In this document: positions 1 through 19,077 of the stretch, in pieces | Layout: each line of letters begins with the position of its first letter | Numbering within the stretch: position 1 is the stretch's first letter | Source: Yuukianura sp. NJ FZ-2021 | Taxonomy: Eukaryota | DNA length: 64,000 nucleotides | Reading direction: 5' to 3' | NCBI GenBank assembly: GCA_046563655.1 | Contig: CM102287.1 | Coordinates: 9,300,001 to 9,364,000 of the forward strand | Notes under the pieces: generated by a model | Databases searched by the model: none | Told to the model about the DNA's origin: nothing | What the model saw: the letters and a program-made list of their open reading frames with translations, nothing else | Position numbers and translations under genes: made by a program

Positions 1-2014
1 GCAAACGTTCTTGTGACGATTGCTGGCCGTTAACATCAATGTCTATTTTGTACTGCTGGTCACCTACTTCAACTTTGTACTCGACCTGGGCAACTGAAGA
101 TGATGATACTGGACCAGCATCCTCGTCAGCATCAGCCTGTACAGGTTCAGTATAGTTTCTTGTGTGATGTCGTTTGACATGTGCCTGGACATGATGTTTT
201 TGTCGAAACGTTTCAAAACAGAATTCACACGCGAACGGTTTTATACCTTGGTGAATCAGCATGTGACGTCGGAGTGTGTCGCTGTTGGACAAAACCCGAA
301 AGCATACTAGACATTTTGCTGGAACATGACTATAGTACTTGTCAGCTGATGATCGCAAAGGGTCCACAGTGGCTCTGGCTACAGGAACTCTGGATGTGCC
401 GGTTCCGATTCCAAGTGAAGAATGAAATCGACTGATGTGCTTACTCAGATTAGTTTGGCGTTTAAAAGTCTTGTCACAAGTGGCACAAGGGTAAGACCGT
501 CCTGGCTCTTGAGGTTGAACTACCAGCTTTGGATTGATCATGGCAGAAACGTTGAGATGTGGCATTGAGTCCGGTCTTGTGGAAGGATCATGAATCCGAA
601 TAATGTGTCGCTTGAGATGTTTTTTCGTTTGAAATGTCTTGCCACACGCGGCACAGGCGTAGGGTTTAACACCGGCGTGTGTCAGCATGTGATTTTCGAG
701 CTTGTTGTTACTGCTGACTAACTTGGCACAGACGGGACATCGAACATAAGCTAGTAGTGATAAGGGACTGGAGGAATTCGAAGATGAAAAGGAAGGAATT
801 CGGAGTTGCGGTGGAGTTGATCTTAAAGTGTTCGTTTGTTTTACAGTTACTAGTGTTTTCTGCGGTTTGGGAATCACTGGTTCCTCAACGACAATAGGAT
901 GTGGGATGTCGGGATCTTCGTAGTGATACTTTTTAGTGTGACGTTGGAGGTTGTCCTTCTTACGAAATCCGACGTTACAGCGGTCGCACCAAAATGGACC
1001 GAAGGGGTAGACTTGCCTTCGCACAGCTTCTTCTTTGCCTTCGAGTTTTTCTTTTGTGACTTTTTTATAAATTGATGGAACAAACTCTGGTTTGAGTGAC
1101 CCTGTTTTGAGTTGATTTTCTCCGTGGTTGTAAAAGATGTGGGCCTTGAGATGAGTCTTCTGAATCGCCCGGTACTTGCAAATGTGACACGCGTAAGGTT
1201 TTTCGCCAGTGTGCCTACCAAAATGGAAATGTTAGTTAGTCGCTTTCAGAAGCATCAAAAATACGTACCTCATCATGTGTCGTCTTAAACTGTCCTTGGT
1301 ACTCATTCGCTGATTGCAAACGGAACATGTTAGTTCCGGATTTGGGAGGACTAGGCTAGAGATTGAGTTGTTATTCATTCCTTCTCCTGACAATGATTCG
1401 TCACACTCGCACCTTGACACAAGTACTATTGGCAGCACTACTTCTACAGCTATTTGGTTGATTCCACTCCGTATGTCTCTATATCAATCAAACAGAAACA
1501 ACACCATTAGAGCAATCAATCACACCAGCATTTCACATTTATCTCTTACTCGCTCTTTACATGCTTGCTGATGTGTTCCGAAAGAGTAATGGGATTGTCC
1601 ACTAGAATTCGACATGCACTGCACTTGTACCAAATCTTACGTTCAACCTCTAGTTTCGGATATCCAACAGGTTCTGTTGGCAGGATACAGATACTGAAAT
1701 GTCCAACAAACAAAAATATCAAAAATTTTGCTTTTCATTAATTTATAACCATCACATAATGGCCAACAGAACAGAATCATGCAAAGCATAAATAAATTAT
1801 ACCTAACAACGTCTTTTGAATCGTCAATGCAAATTTCAGGCTCCATATTACCCTGGTCATCGAGTAACTGAAAGTAAAATTCGTCCGGATCCTGATGAGG
1901 CAGAGGCATATTGGGGTCATGGTCAATCTCGTTGTCCAGCAGGAACAAACCGCTTGAAGGCTCCACCAGAACAACGTCCTCCATTTTGAATTTGATATCG
2001 ATCAAGCCTTCCAC
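1..2014 (-). CDS. Multi-C2H2 zinc-finger protein (spliced; 3' end runs off the window start)
   Basis: The minus strand reads several C2H2 fingers: CSVCNQRMSTKDSLRRHMMR|HTGEKPYACHICKYRAIQKTHLKAH (GT-AG intron 1215-1268), CPVCAKLVSSNNKLENHMLTHAGVKPYACAACGKTFQTKKHLKRH, CATCDKTFKRQTNLSKH and CEFCFETFRQKHHVQAH. The acidic N-terminal exon is at ~1803-2014; the start is approximate. Confidence 0.85.
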
Positions 2015-3104
2015 TTGGTTGAAAAATAATCTTTCAGAAGAACCTCAACGTTATACAGTCGACAGACAGTTAGCTCTTAGCTGCAGAACTGATCTTAAGA
2101 GATGGATTTATTAATCAGCTAATAATTAATTGACATTGAGAATGAGATTAAATTTTTATAAACAAATGAACAAAATCATAACAAACTTTTTTTTAATGGA
2201 AACATATGGGCGGTGGTTGTCAACTGGGAAAACCAATTGCAATAGGAATTGCCATCACTTTTGGTGCAATTGCCATTGCAAACGATTGCAAAACGGCAAT
2301 TTTGTAATACGAATTTGAAAATGCCATTCTCAGATTTTTTCCGAAATTGAATTGCATTGGCGATTGCAAAACGTTGCAATTGACTTTTTAACTTTTTGAA
2401 TTTAGAATTTTCGCGCTTCAGTGGAAACGCTGCGTCACTTTCTTACGAGAACGAGTTTTATTTTTGTAATTTTAATTAAAAAGTAAATTTTATTTAACTA
2501 TTAAACAATCATCTGCCTGTTGTGGCAGGTTGAGCAAGTTTTAATTAAGTTTGAATAGTTTATGATAAAATGATTCATTCAAATCTTTTCCTGGAAGAGT
2601 TCCCATTAGTCGGAGTTTCCTCGTTGAATTTGCAAATAGAAACCTCATTATTATTTTAATTACAACTTCAGTTTATTGTGCCCAAATCTAGCAAAAGTCT
2701 ATCTTGGTTTTATCAGTATCCAAGTGAAATGAATGTTCTTAACTTAATTAGCCGACCAACGCCAATGTAATTTTAAACCTTTCCAGAGCAAGAGGTCAAG
2801 CGTAAACTTCGTTTTTAAATGAAGTTTACTTGAATTGAAGGTCGTCTGGATTCTGAAATGTTCATCACAATTCACAAGTATCGCATTCACAATCTAGATT
2901 TGCAAACAACATTGTAAAACCAATCGACCTCGACGAAGAACCAGAATTTCTGCAAATATTTTTTTCTCTATAAAATCCAACAACTCATTCCTTAGCTGCT
3001 AATATTTTTACTTTTAAGCGTCGACTGGCCGAATTTTATAGCATTCTAACAGACCAAATAATTTTGAAGTTATTCACAATCACAACTAAGAATTGGATTT
3101 GAAA

Positions 3105-5136
3105 ATGTTAGCGTTAGTACTCGTCATTGTACTAATCGCTACGATACTGTACATCAAAGCGACACGGAAATCTAAAAATTTACCGCCAGGTACAGCTTAG
3201 GAGCCTTTACAGTCCGTTTTTGGCAAAAAACATGAATGAAAAATATTTGCAATTTTTTTTAAAAGGACCTGTTGGATGGTTTGGTATCCGAAGTTTTGTG
3301 GAAATGCTGCTTGCGGATTCAGTGTATCCGCATGAAGCAATGAGAAAATTGGCAAAAAAATATGGTGATATCATGTCAATTGACCTCGGAATGAACCGTG
3401 CGGGTAAGAAATTAGGAAAAGTCAAAGAGTCAAGTCACTTTTTCAAAATCTTGTTTTTGACGTTTCAGTCGTATTTTCAAAATTTGAAGACATTGCGGAG
3501 ATTTTCACTAAAGATGAATTTACTTCACGATACCGGTTCCAATTTATGGACGATCGATCATTTCAAAAGGAACTTGGTACTAAACACATAAAAAGAATAA
3601 AATGTAATGTTTTTATTATATTAACTAACCAAATGTTAATATTGCTTTCAGGCATTTTCAGCACGAATGGAGACAATTGGCAAACGATTCGTAAATTTTC
3701 TAACAAGTCTCTTCGTGAATTTGGTTTTCGGAAATCCGAAGTACTTGAAAATTTATTACGAGACGAGTTTGACCAATTCTCGGAATCGCTCGGAAAATCT
3801 ATTCAGGAAAATCAGGGAATCATTTACTTCGAATCCTACTTCGGCGAAAATGTTGTCAGCGTCATTTCCAATTTCATTTTTGGATTCAAGTCACGTGAGG
3901 TCATTGACCTCATGAAACGTTTTGTAGACACGACAGATGACACTCTCAAAGCGTTTTCATACAACAACATAAACATGTCGTACCCTGCGATTGGTAGACT
4001 CTTTCCAAAGTTGTCTGGACTGAACAGAGATTTAGCATTGTTCAAAGAACATCAAGACATCTTCAAAGTACGTTTCAAAAGCATAAATTCGCAAACTCTA
4101 CAATTTTGATTTAAAAAAACTTAATTTTTAGGCTTTGATTGCTGAATCCAAAAAACATCGCACCAATGACTACGCAGATCCGTTCAATTTTATAGAAGCT
4201 TTTGAAAATGAAATTGACAAAGAATCGGGAAATCCCAATAGTCATTTCACTGGTAAATTCAATTTTTTGTTTCCGAAATTTTGAATTTGGATAAAATAAT
4301 CTTGTTTTTGTCATTTTGAATCTTTAGATGAGCAGCTAATCATGGTACTTGCGGATTTATTTTTGGCGGGAGCAGAAACGACCACTCATTTTCTTGGGTT
4401 TTCCGTGCTGCATTTAGTCCGTAATCCAGAAATGCAAGAAAAAGTTTACGCGGAATGTTGTACGCAGTCGCTAGGAAATCCGACCTACGCAGACGCAGAG
4501 AAGATGCCATACACGCAGGCATTCATTAACGAAGTATTTCGTTACTGCAACATCGCTCCTATTCCACTGTCAAGGAAAGCCTTAGTAGACTACAACTACA
4601 AAGGATTCGTAATTCCCAAAGTAAGTTATCCTAATTAAGTTAACTAAGTTCATCTACTTTAAACTAACATAGTTTAATTAAGTTAATCTTAAACGTAGTG
4701 AATTTCACATAGTTAAATTTTATTATTGCTTTAGGGAACGTGTGCTATGTATAATCTGCACTGCGTTTTCACTGATTCCGAGTATTGGGGTGACCCTGAA
4801 AATTTCCGGCCAGAACGATTTCTTGATCCTTCAACTGGGAAGTTAATTAAAACTGAACGACTCATTATGTTCGGCGTTGGTAAGTCTAATAGGTCAACAG
4901 GTCAACATGCCAAATAAGGTCAAAGGTCAAGTGATAACTTTACTTTTAACACAGGGAAAAAAATTTGCATTGGGGATGTTCTGGCAAAACAGACAGCTTT
5001 TGTCTACTTTACTGGAATGGTGAAAAATTTCAAATTTGAAAATGTTCCAGGGCAAAATCTACCGACGGATGTTCCAGGATCCAGTTTTACTTCCAGGCCA
5101 CACCCCTTCCATGCCCTTGTCACTCGTCGCCACTAG
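3105..5136 (+). CDS. Cytochrome P450, CYP2-clan-like, copy 1 (8 exons)
   Basis: N-terminal anchor MLALVLVIVLIATILYIK..NLPPGP, I-helix AGAETT, ExxR (NEVFR), PERF, and heme motif FGVG|KKICIG. Introns are GT-AG and in frame; stop TAG at 5134-5136. Confidence 0.95.
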
Positions 5137-5468
5137 CTGTATACTAAAGTGAAGCTGACTAAAGTTGTAAATATGCGTCACATGCTTTTTTAACATCTTG
5201 AGAAAATTGTTCGTTTGCTTTTGATTAAATTTCGAAACTCCAAAAAATTACACTTTTATCCTCACTCTCATCAAAGTCTGAAATGCCAACTATCCTAAAG
5301 TTCTTAAAATAATGACTGAAAAATTAAGAAATTACGGAGTATTAGAAAATTAGGTTAAAAAATTTCAGAGTATTCTGAGATTTGTCCAATTTATTATTGC
5401 CAATTGATGTTAATAGTGAATGAACATAAGTTTAATTAGTTCAAAAACTTTTGACGAAATGTCGTCGT

Positions 5469-6027
5469 TTACATAGCGAGAAGTGCGTAGATGTCGTGGG
5501 CAAGTTGTGTAACATCTGCGAGGGCTTTGTCCAGAAGTCTTTTGATTTCCGCAGCATTGACTGGTGGAAGTTGGACAACATAGGGTGTCACTTCTGCCTC
5601 GGCCTGCTCCAACAACAACTCCAACTGGGCAAAGTATGCTTCAGCTCCTTCCACCGTCAAAGTCTGAGCTTCAATTTCAGCCGTCGCAGCGTCGAAGATA
5701 TCTTTGGCGGCTGGAATATAGCCGAGCAAAATTTTCTCAATCTCTGCCCCAAGCGTAGCGTCACCTTTATGGCCCTCAGTAATAATGGCTTTCAGTGCAT
5801 CCTCAATGACAGTGTAGCACTGATCGACCTTGGCTTGAACTGCGGGCCAGTCCACGGCGAACGGCTTAGCTAAAAGTTAAAAGTTAAATTTTGTTAAGTT
5901 GAAAGTTAAACAATGTTAGTTAAACGTAAAGTTAAATTGCAATTAGGGTGAAACTAGTTGTAATTTTACCTGGGATAGCGTAAGCGGCAGCGGCGACAAC
6001 CAGAAGAGCAAGTGCGACGGCCTTCAT
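5469..6027 (-). CDS. Small secreted alpha-helical protein, copy 1 (~152 aa, 2 exons), family not recognised
   Basis: Exon 1 (5970-6027) encodes the signal peptide MKAVALALLVVAAAAYA. The intron is 5870-5969. Exon 2 is Ala/Leu/Glu-rich and amphipathic. A TATA-like element lies at ~6117-6123, and a conserved paralog is at 9188-9746. Confidence 0.85.
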
Positions 6028-6587
6028 TGTGTTGAGTAGTGAAGTTTTTTTGGAAGAGTAGAAGATTGAACAAAACAATTTGTCGGAATGATTTTTGAAC
6101 AAATTAAAGATCATTATTTATATGAAATTGGGAACTGAGTGATCCAATTCCAGTATCAGCGATTGATTACAGCCCGTGCCTATCATTGCTACCTTTAATC
6201 TTTGAACACTTTACTGACAGGGACATTGGACCATTACCATTGTGAATAAGTTGACCTTCTGACCTGCCTCACAGCAACAACGAACAATTTGTGCATGTTC
6301 AATTTCATTTCAGAGCAAGCGGTCAAAGGTTAATTTTTTTCAAGGTCTTCTGGATTGTATGTATTACAATCTAAAGTAAATAGTATTAAGACAACATTGT
6401 AAAAACCAGTTGACCTCGAAGAAGCACCAGTATTTTTTATACATACTTTAGTTTCTTAAACGCAACAACTTATATTCCATGGCTACTAATCTTTTCACTT
6501 AACAGTGGAAGCGTAGACTGGCCGGGTGTTAACATAACAATAAGTTTGAAGTTATTCAAAATCACAACTACAATTGAAAATTTGAAA

Positions 6588-8915
6588 ATGTTAGTGTTCG
6601 TACTCGTCATTGTACTAATCGGTACGATACTGTACATCAAAGCGGCTCGGAAATCTAAAAATTTACCGCCAGGTACAATTTAGGGGACTTTACAATCCGT
6701 TTTTGACCAAAAAATGAAAAATATTTTCAATTTTTTTTTTTTTTAAAAAGGACCTGTTGGATGGTTTGGTATTCGAAGTTTTGTGGAAATGATGCGTGCA
6801 GATCCAGTGTTTCCGCATGAAGCACTGAAAAAATTGGCAAAAAAATATGGCGATATCATGTCAATTGACCTCGGAGTTAACCGTGCTGGTAAGTCCAAGG
6901 TTGCTGTAGCGCCCATTTATAGAAAGGCTCTTACAGGTTATGCTGTAACTCCGATTATTGTAAAATCACGAAGAAAAGCAACTTTTGGACCTATTTTCAC
7001 AATAATCGTTTGAATTTTTTTAATTTCCACACCACAACTGAGCCATAGTTTTGATTTCGAATTGCTAATACAACGGAGCCGCGTCGGATGTGCGGTTCAA
7101 AAAATGTGAAAATTTGAGAAAAGTAGTTATAGTATAACCTGTTAAGGAAAAACAAACAAAATTTCGATTTAAACAACGGTGGGTGGGTAAGTCATTGGAA
7201 AGGTCGAGGAGTCACTTTTTTTTATGTTTTTCAAAATCTAAAAACCTGTTTTGGCATTTCAGTCGTATTTTCAAAATTTGAAGACATGGTGGAGATTTTT
7301 ACTAAAGATGAATTTACTTCACGATACCGGTTCCAATTTATGGACGATCGATCCTACCAAAAGGAACTCGGTACTAAAACATAAAAAGTAATGTTTTTAT
7401 TATAGTAACTAATGAATGTTAATATTGATTTAGGAATTTTGAGCACGAATGGAGACAATTGGCAAACGATACGTAAATTTTCAAACAAAGCTCTCCGTGA
7501 ATTTGGTTTTCGGAAGTCCGAAGTCCTCGCAAATTCATTACGAAACGAGTTTGACCAATTCTCGGAATCGTTCGGAAAATCTGTCGACCAGAACCATGGA
7601 ATAATTGACTTTGAGTCCAACTTCAGCTACACTGTTGTCAACATCATCTCGGATTTCGTTTTGGGATTTAGGTCACGTGAGGTCACTGACCTCTTGAAAC
7701 GCTTGGTAGACACGACAGATGACACTGCTTTAGCCTTCTCATACGACAACATTAACATTTCGTATCCAGCGATTGGTAGACTCTTTCCAAAGTTGTCTGG
7801 ACGCCACAGAGATTTGGCGTTGTTCAAAGAACATCAAGACATCTGCAAAGTACGTTTCAAAAATAGAAATTCAAAAACTCTCCAATTTTGAAACAAAAAA
7901 TGAATTTTTAGGCTTTGATTGCTGAATCTAAAAAACATTATACGAATGACTACGCAGATCCGTTCAATTTTGTAGAAGCTTTTAAAAATGAAATTGACAA
8001 AGAATCTGGAAATCCGAATAGTCATTTCACTGGTAAATTCGATTTTTTTGTTTTGAAATTTTGAATTTGGCTGAAATAATTTTACTTTTGCCATTTTGAA
8101 CTTTAGAGCAGCAACTAATCATGGTGCTTGTGGATCTGTTTTTGGCGGGAGCTGAAACGACCAATCATATTCTTGGATTTTCTATGCTGCATTTAGTCCG
8201 TAATCCGGAAATGCAGGAAAAAGTTTACGCGGAGTGTTGTGCGCAGTCGCATGAAAATCCGTGCTACGCAGACGCAGACAAAATGAAGTACACGCAGGCA
8301 TTCATTAACGAAGTATTTCGTTACTGCAACATCGCTCCTATTCCACTGTCAAGGAAAGCCTTAGTAGACTACAAGTACAAAGGATTCGTAATTCCCAAAG
8401 TAAGTTATCCTAATTAGGTTAACTAACCTAATGTAACTTAACCTAAACATATTTTCGTTAACCTTAAACGTGGTCACTGTGACATTAGTTAAATTTTGTT
8501 ACTACTTTAGGGAACATGTGCGATGTATAACCTCCACTGCGTTTTCACCGATTCCGAGTATTGGGGTGACCCTGAAAATTTCCGGCCAGAACGATTTCTT
8601 GATCCTTCTACTGGAAAGCTAACTAAAACTGAACGACTCATTATGTTCGGCCTTGGTAAGTCCACTAATAGGTCAACAGGTCAACATTTCAAATAAGGTC
8701 AAAGGTCAACTGATAACTTTACTTTTAACGTAGGAAAGCGAATCTGCATTGGGGATGTTCTGGCGAAACAGACAGCGTTTGTCTATTTTACGGGAATGGT
8801 GAAAAATTTCAAATTTGAAAAAGTTTCCGGACAAAATTTACCAACGGATGTTCCAAGATGCAGTTTTACTTCTAAGCCACGCCCATTCCAGGCCCTTGTC
8901 ACTCGTCGCCACTAG
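6588..8915 (+). CDS. Cytochrome P450, CYP2-clan-like, copy 2 (8 exons)
   Basis: Paralog of 3105-5136 with the same exon structure. Motifs AGAETT, NEVFR, PERF and FGLG|KRICIG are present; intron 2 is expanded by an insertion. Confidence 0.95.
6934..7141. mobile_element. MITE (208 bp) with 17-bp TIRs and TTA target-site duplication, PIF/Harbinger-like
   Basis: Left end CAGGTTATGCTGTAACT versus the reverse complement of the right end CAGGTTATACTATAACT (15/17). TTA flanks both sides (6931-6933, 7142-7144). The element is absent from the equivalent intron of P450 copy 1. Confidence 0.75.
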
Positions 8916-9187
8916 CAGCATACTAAAGCGAAGCTGACTAAAGTTGTTTGTGTTGTTTTTTTTGTAATCATGTCAATTGTTATAGTCTGTTTTCAATATG
9001 ATTTCGAAATCTTTTGATCAAATCCTGTTAGCTTGACTCTCAAAAACTGAAATCCCAATAATTAGAGTTTATGTGAATTCAATTTTGATTCGCCAATTTA
9101 TTGCCAATTGATGTTAATAGTGAATGAACATAAGTTTAAATTCCTAGCTCGAAAACCTTCGACTTTGGCTTGACGAAATGTCGTCGT

Positions 9188-9746
9188 TTACTGAGCGAGA
9201 AGTGCGTAGATGTCCTTGGCAAGTTCTTCAACCTTTGCGTAGGCTGTGTCCAAAAGTCTTTTGATTTCCGCAGCATTGACTGGTGGAAGTTGGAGAACAT
9301 AGGGTGTCACTTCTGCCTCGGCCTGCTTCAACAACGCATCCAACTGGGCAAAGTATGCTTCAGCTCCTGCCACCGTCAAAGTCTGAGCTTCAATTTCAGC
9401 CGTAGCTGCCTTGAAGATATCCTGGGCAGCTGGAATATAGCCGACCAAAATTCTCTCAATCTCTGCCCCAAGCGTAGCGTCGCCTTTATGGCCCTCAGCA
9501 ATAATGGCGTACAGTGCAACCTCAATCACGTCATAGCACTCATCGACCTTGGCTTGAACTGCGGGCCAGTCGACGGCAAAGGGCTTAGCTAAAAGTTAAA
9601 AGTTAAATTTTGTTAAGTTAAAAGTTAAACAATGTTAGTTAAACGTAAAGTTAAATTGCAATTAGGTTGAAACCAGTTGTAATTTTACCTGGAACAGCGT
9701 AGGCTGCAGCGGCGACAACCAGAAGAGCAAGTGCGACGGCCTTCAT
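9188..9746 (-). CDS. Small secreted alpha-helical protein, copy 2
   Basis: Same signal-peptide exon and phase-1 intron as 5469-6027; about 85% amino-acid identity by hand alignment. Confidence 0.85.
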
Positions 9747-10503
9747 TGTGTTGAGTAGTGAAGTTTTTTGGAAGAGTAGAAGATTGAACAAAACAATTTG
9801 TCGGAATGATTTTTCAGCAAATTCGGAGTCGTTTTTATATGAAATTGGAAACTGGGTGATCCAATTCTAGTATCAGCGATTGAGCACAGCCCGTGTCTGT
9901 CCTTGATACTACCTTTAATCTTTGAACACCGATTGACAGGGACATTGGACCATTGTGGTTTGACCTTCTGACCTGCCTAGCAACAACATCCGACGATTTG
10001 AACAGGTTGTGCAAGTGGATACAATGAAATGCATCGAAAGATAACATTGTGACAGCCTTCGATAATATTTTTCTGGCTAATCCAAAAATAACAATTTTCA
10101 TCCGTGATTATAATCACGGACTCTTGAAAACCAAATTCCAAACTGCGGAGTTAGGAAAATTCGGGCTAACTTTCAAAATGTATGGAAAAATACAATTGGA
10201 AAATCAATTTCGAAAATTCGAGATTCATAAAAGTTCATGATTCATAAAAAATATTGGGTTTGAACTAAAAACTAAAGATGCATTTGGGCAGAAGTTTCTG
10301 CAATTTATTAGGATTAGTAGCCCCTCTTTCCTAAATATACTAAACTTCAGTTCTCGTTTTACTAAAAAAATGGTAAATTACTATACGAACTAGCTTCAGT
10401 CAAAATTTTTGAAAAAACAAAATATTTGAACCAAAATTTTGAAATGTAAAATGTATTGAGAAGATTTTTGTAGCGGCCTAGAGGGCGCCACTGTTAAAAT
10501 TGT

Positions 10504-16901
<6,398 letters not shown>

Positions 16902-17797
16902 GATTGGAAATGATGAAAACCCGACTAAGCGCGGCAGTTAATGAAGAGGAATGAGTTGTTTTGAACAAAACTAAAACTAATTATTGTCACATGATTTTTA
17001 ACACTATCACCTGTAATTAGTTAGATTTTAGTAGTTTTGAGCCTAAAAGACAATAGACTATCATAAAGAATGATGATGATGATACACCTCTTCAGAATTA
17101 CTAATTTCCCCAACAAATCTATTACTGGTGACCTCCTAATAGGATCATGTGAAACTGTAAAAATGTGGAGAGGTCACTTGAGCTCTTCTGGAAAACTTAT
17201 CTTTACTTAACTATTAACTCATGTACTATTAGTGTAAAAGACTATTAGTTTTTAGACTATTAGTCTAAACATGCTTTATCTTTTGACGGATGAGGCTAAG
17301 AACTTACACAATAAACTTAAACTAAAAAAACTAAAACCGTGTCCAATCGTATCAAAAAAGACAAAACAAATAGTAAGGATCAATTGAATTCTGAAATTTT
17401 CATCTCTCAAAAATTTCTAATCTGTGTTCTCATTCTGATTCTTACTCAAGTACCTATTCATTATTATGTAAGAGTCTAAAAAAATTTGGTTTCCAAATAT
17501 TTGACGTTCTTCAGAAAAAAAAATCGAAAAAGTTTTAAATTTTGAAACTCAAGCCTCAAGCTGATATGATACCAAGAAAAAAAAAACGGACAAATACAAA
17601 GTTTCAAGATTGGACGTTTATTAGAAATTTTACGGTAAAAAATAATTTGTTTAAAGAAATTTTTTTAAACAAAAATTTATGTGACAGGCACATCGAAGGC
17701 TTCAAATACTAGTGAAAAGTCACTTTTGAGGTCAACGTATGTGTGACCAACAGTCAGGGGTCAAAGGTCATCCGAAAAAACTGTTAGAGGTCAAAGG

Positions 17798-19077
17798 TCA
17801 TCCGAACCAACAGTGAGTGACTAATGGCCAGTTACTGCAGACAAAATCTTTGTCGTTGAACGTTTTCCAGCAGTCTAGGCTGTTGTACCACTTGGAGTGA
17901 AAGTGAACCCCAATGTATTTTTCTTGAATGTCGCAACTGGATGTGACTAAATCTAGGATAATCGGAGTCCAGTAGTTCGCAGTCGTCTTGAGGTTGGTCA
18001 AATCCATTCCAAGTGAATACTTTCCAATAATACCAGTGATGAAGACGTCTTCAAGTGGAAACAGAGGCTTACGTAGTGCTTCTGCGTAGATTTTCTTCCG
18101 AGCGTCTCTTCCTAACACATAGAAGGCACCGGAGACAAAGTCAGGAAATGTCGCCAGAGGCCAAGCGGAGATCGGTACGTGAAACTTTCCAAAAAATGAG
18201 TTTGGATCCCGCACAGGCACAATTCCTCGTCTGACATCTCCACCAATCAGATTCCTCGCTTCGTTTGGTGGCAAAATGTACAATGTGTCCAGAAATTTTT
18301 TGAGGTTTAGATGAAAATCGTCGTCGATTTTGATCAGGAACTCTGCTTCGGCGCAGTTGAGCTCAGCCCATTTCAAAATTCTTAGAGACTTGAGTGTGAG
18401 ATTGGCATAAGATTCTTCTAGATTGTCGATGATCAAGTCATTGTACTGCTTAGCTTCTCGAAAAAGTTCCGCCTAGAAAAAAAAATGATCAAATTATTCT
18501 AGATTTTGATGATAATTTTCAAATTTTCAAAAATTACAAGTTCGTTGGTCGTTTTTGGTTTCCCGCTAAAAAACAAAAGTTCGTTAAGTTTCGGTTTTGG
18601 ACTAGCAGCCTCCGGTTTCGGATTTTCCGTTTCATAGTTGATTTCGTTCAGGTACTTTTTCAGCCCAGTTCGAAAAACGTTTCGAGCGTTTCGGTTCGCT
18701 GGAGCCGAAACGACAAGGAAAACGGCTAATACCGGTTCAGTTTCCTGCAAAACCAAATGACAAACATTACAAAATGAAAGTTCCAATTGCGCAATCGCTG
18801 TTTCAGCCACGCTAACAAGTAACACGATGACATGAAATTCTTCAAAACTCACCTGATTTTGGCACTTGTTTTTCGGGTTGTACAAAACCGTGTTTTCATT
18901 GGGCAGAACAAAATCGGCACTCAGTTGCCGGTTTTCGTGAATTTCTTGCAGAGACTCTGTCTCAGAATTGTCGGACCGTGCGAAAAGCAAGTACAAAATG
19001 AAAATTGAACAGAAAATGAAACAGATGAATTTGGAAATTCGTTTTCTACTGCGTTTTCTATAGCATGAGGACCACAT
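17798..19077 (-). CDS. Beta-1,3-galactosyltransferase (GT31 family), type II membrane protein
   Basis: Basic cytosolic tail plus a TM helix, ESYANLTLKS, DxD motif IKIDDD, FPDFVSGAFYVL and LEDVFITG. Confidence 0.9.

Larger units (their letters stand above)
2783..10010. repeat. Tandem segmental duplication (~3.5 kb + ~3.7 kb) of a P450 + secreted-protein cassette
   Basis: Upstream region, exons and introns align between ~2783-6300 and ~6305-10010, e.g. CAGAGCAAG(A/C)GGTCAA at both unit starts and TGACCTTCTGACCTGCCT near both unit ends. Confidence 0.9.

Noticed and set aside
5451..5873. Plus-strand 140-aa ORF (and its twin at 9170-9592)
   Set aside because: Antisense shadow of the secreted-protein exon; the minus strand has the signal peptide, splice sites and TATA box.
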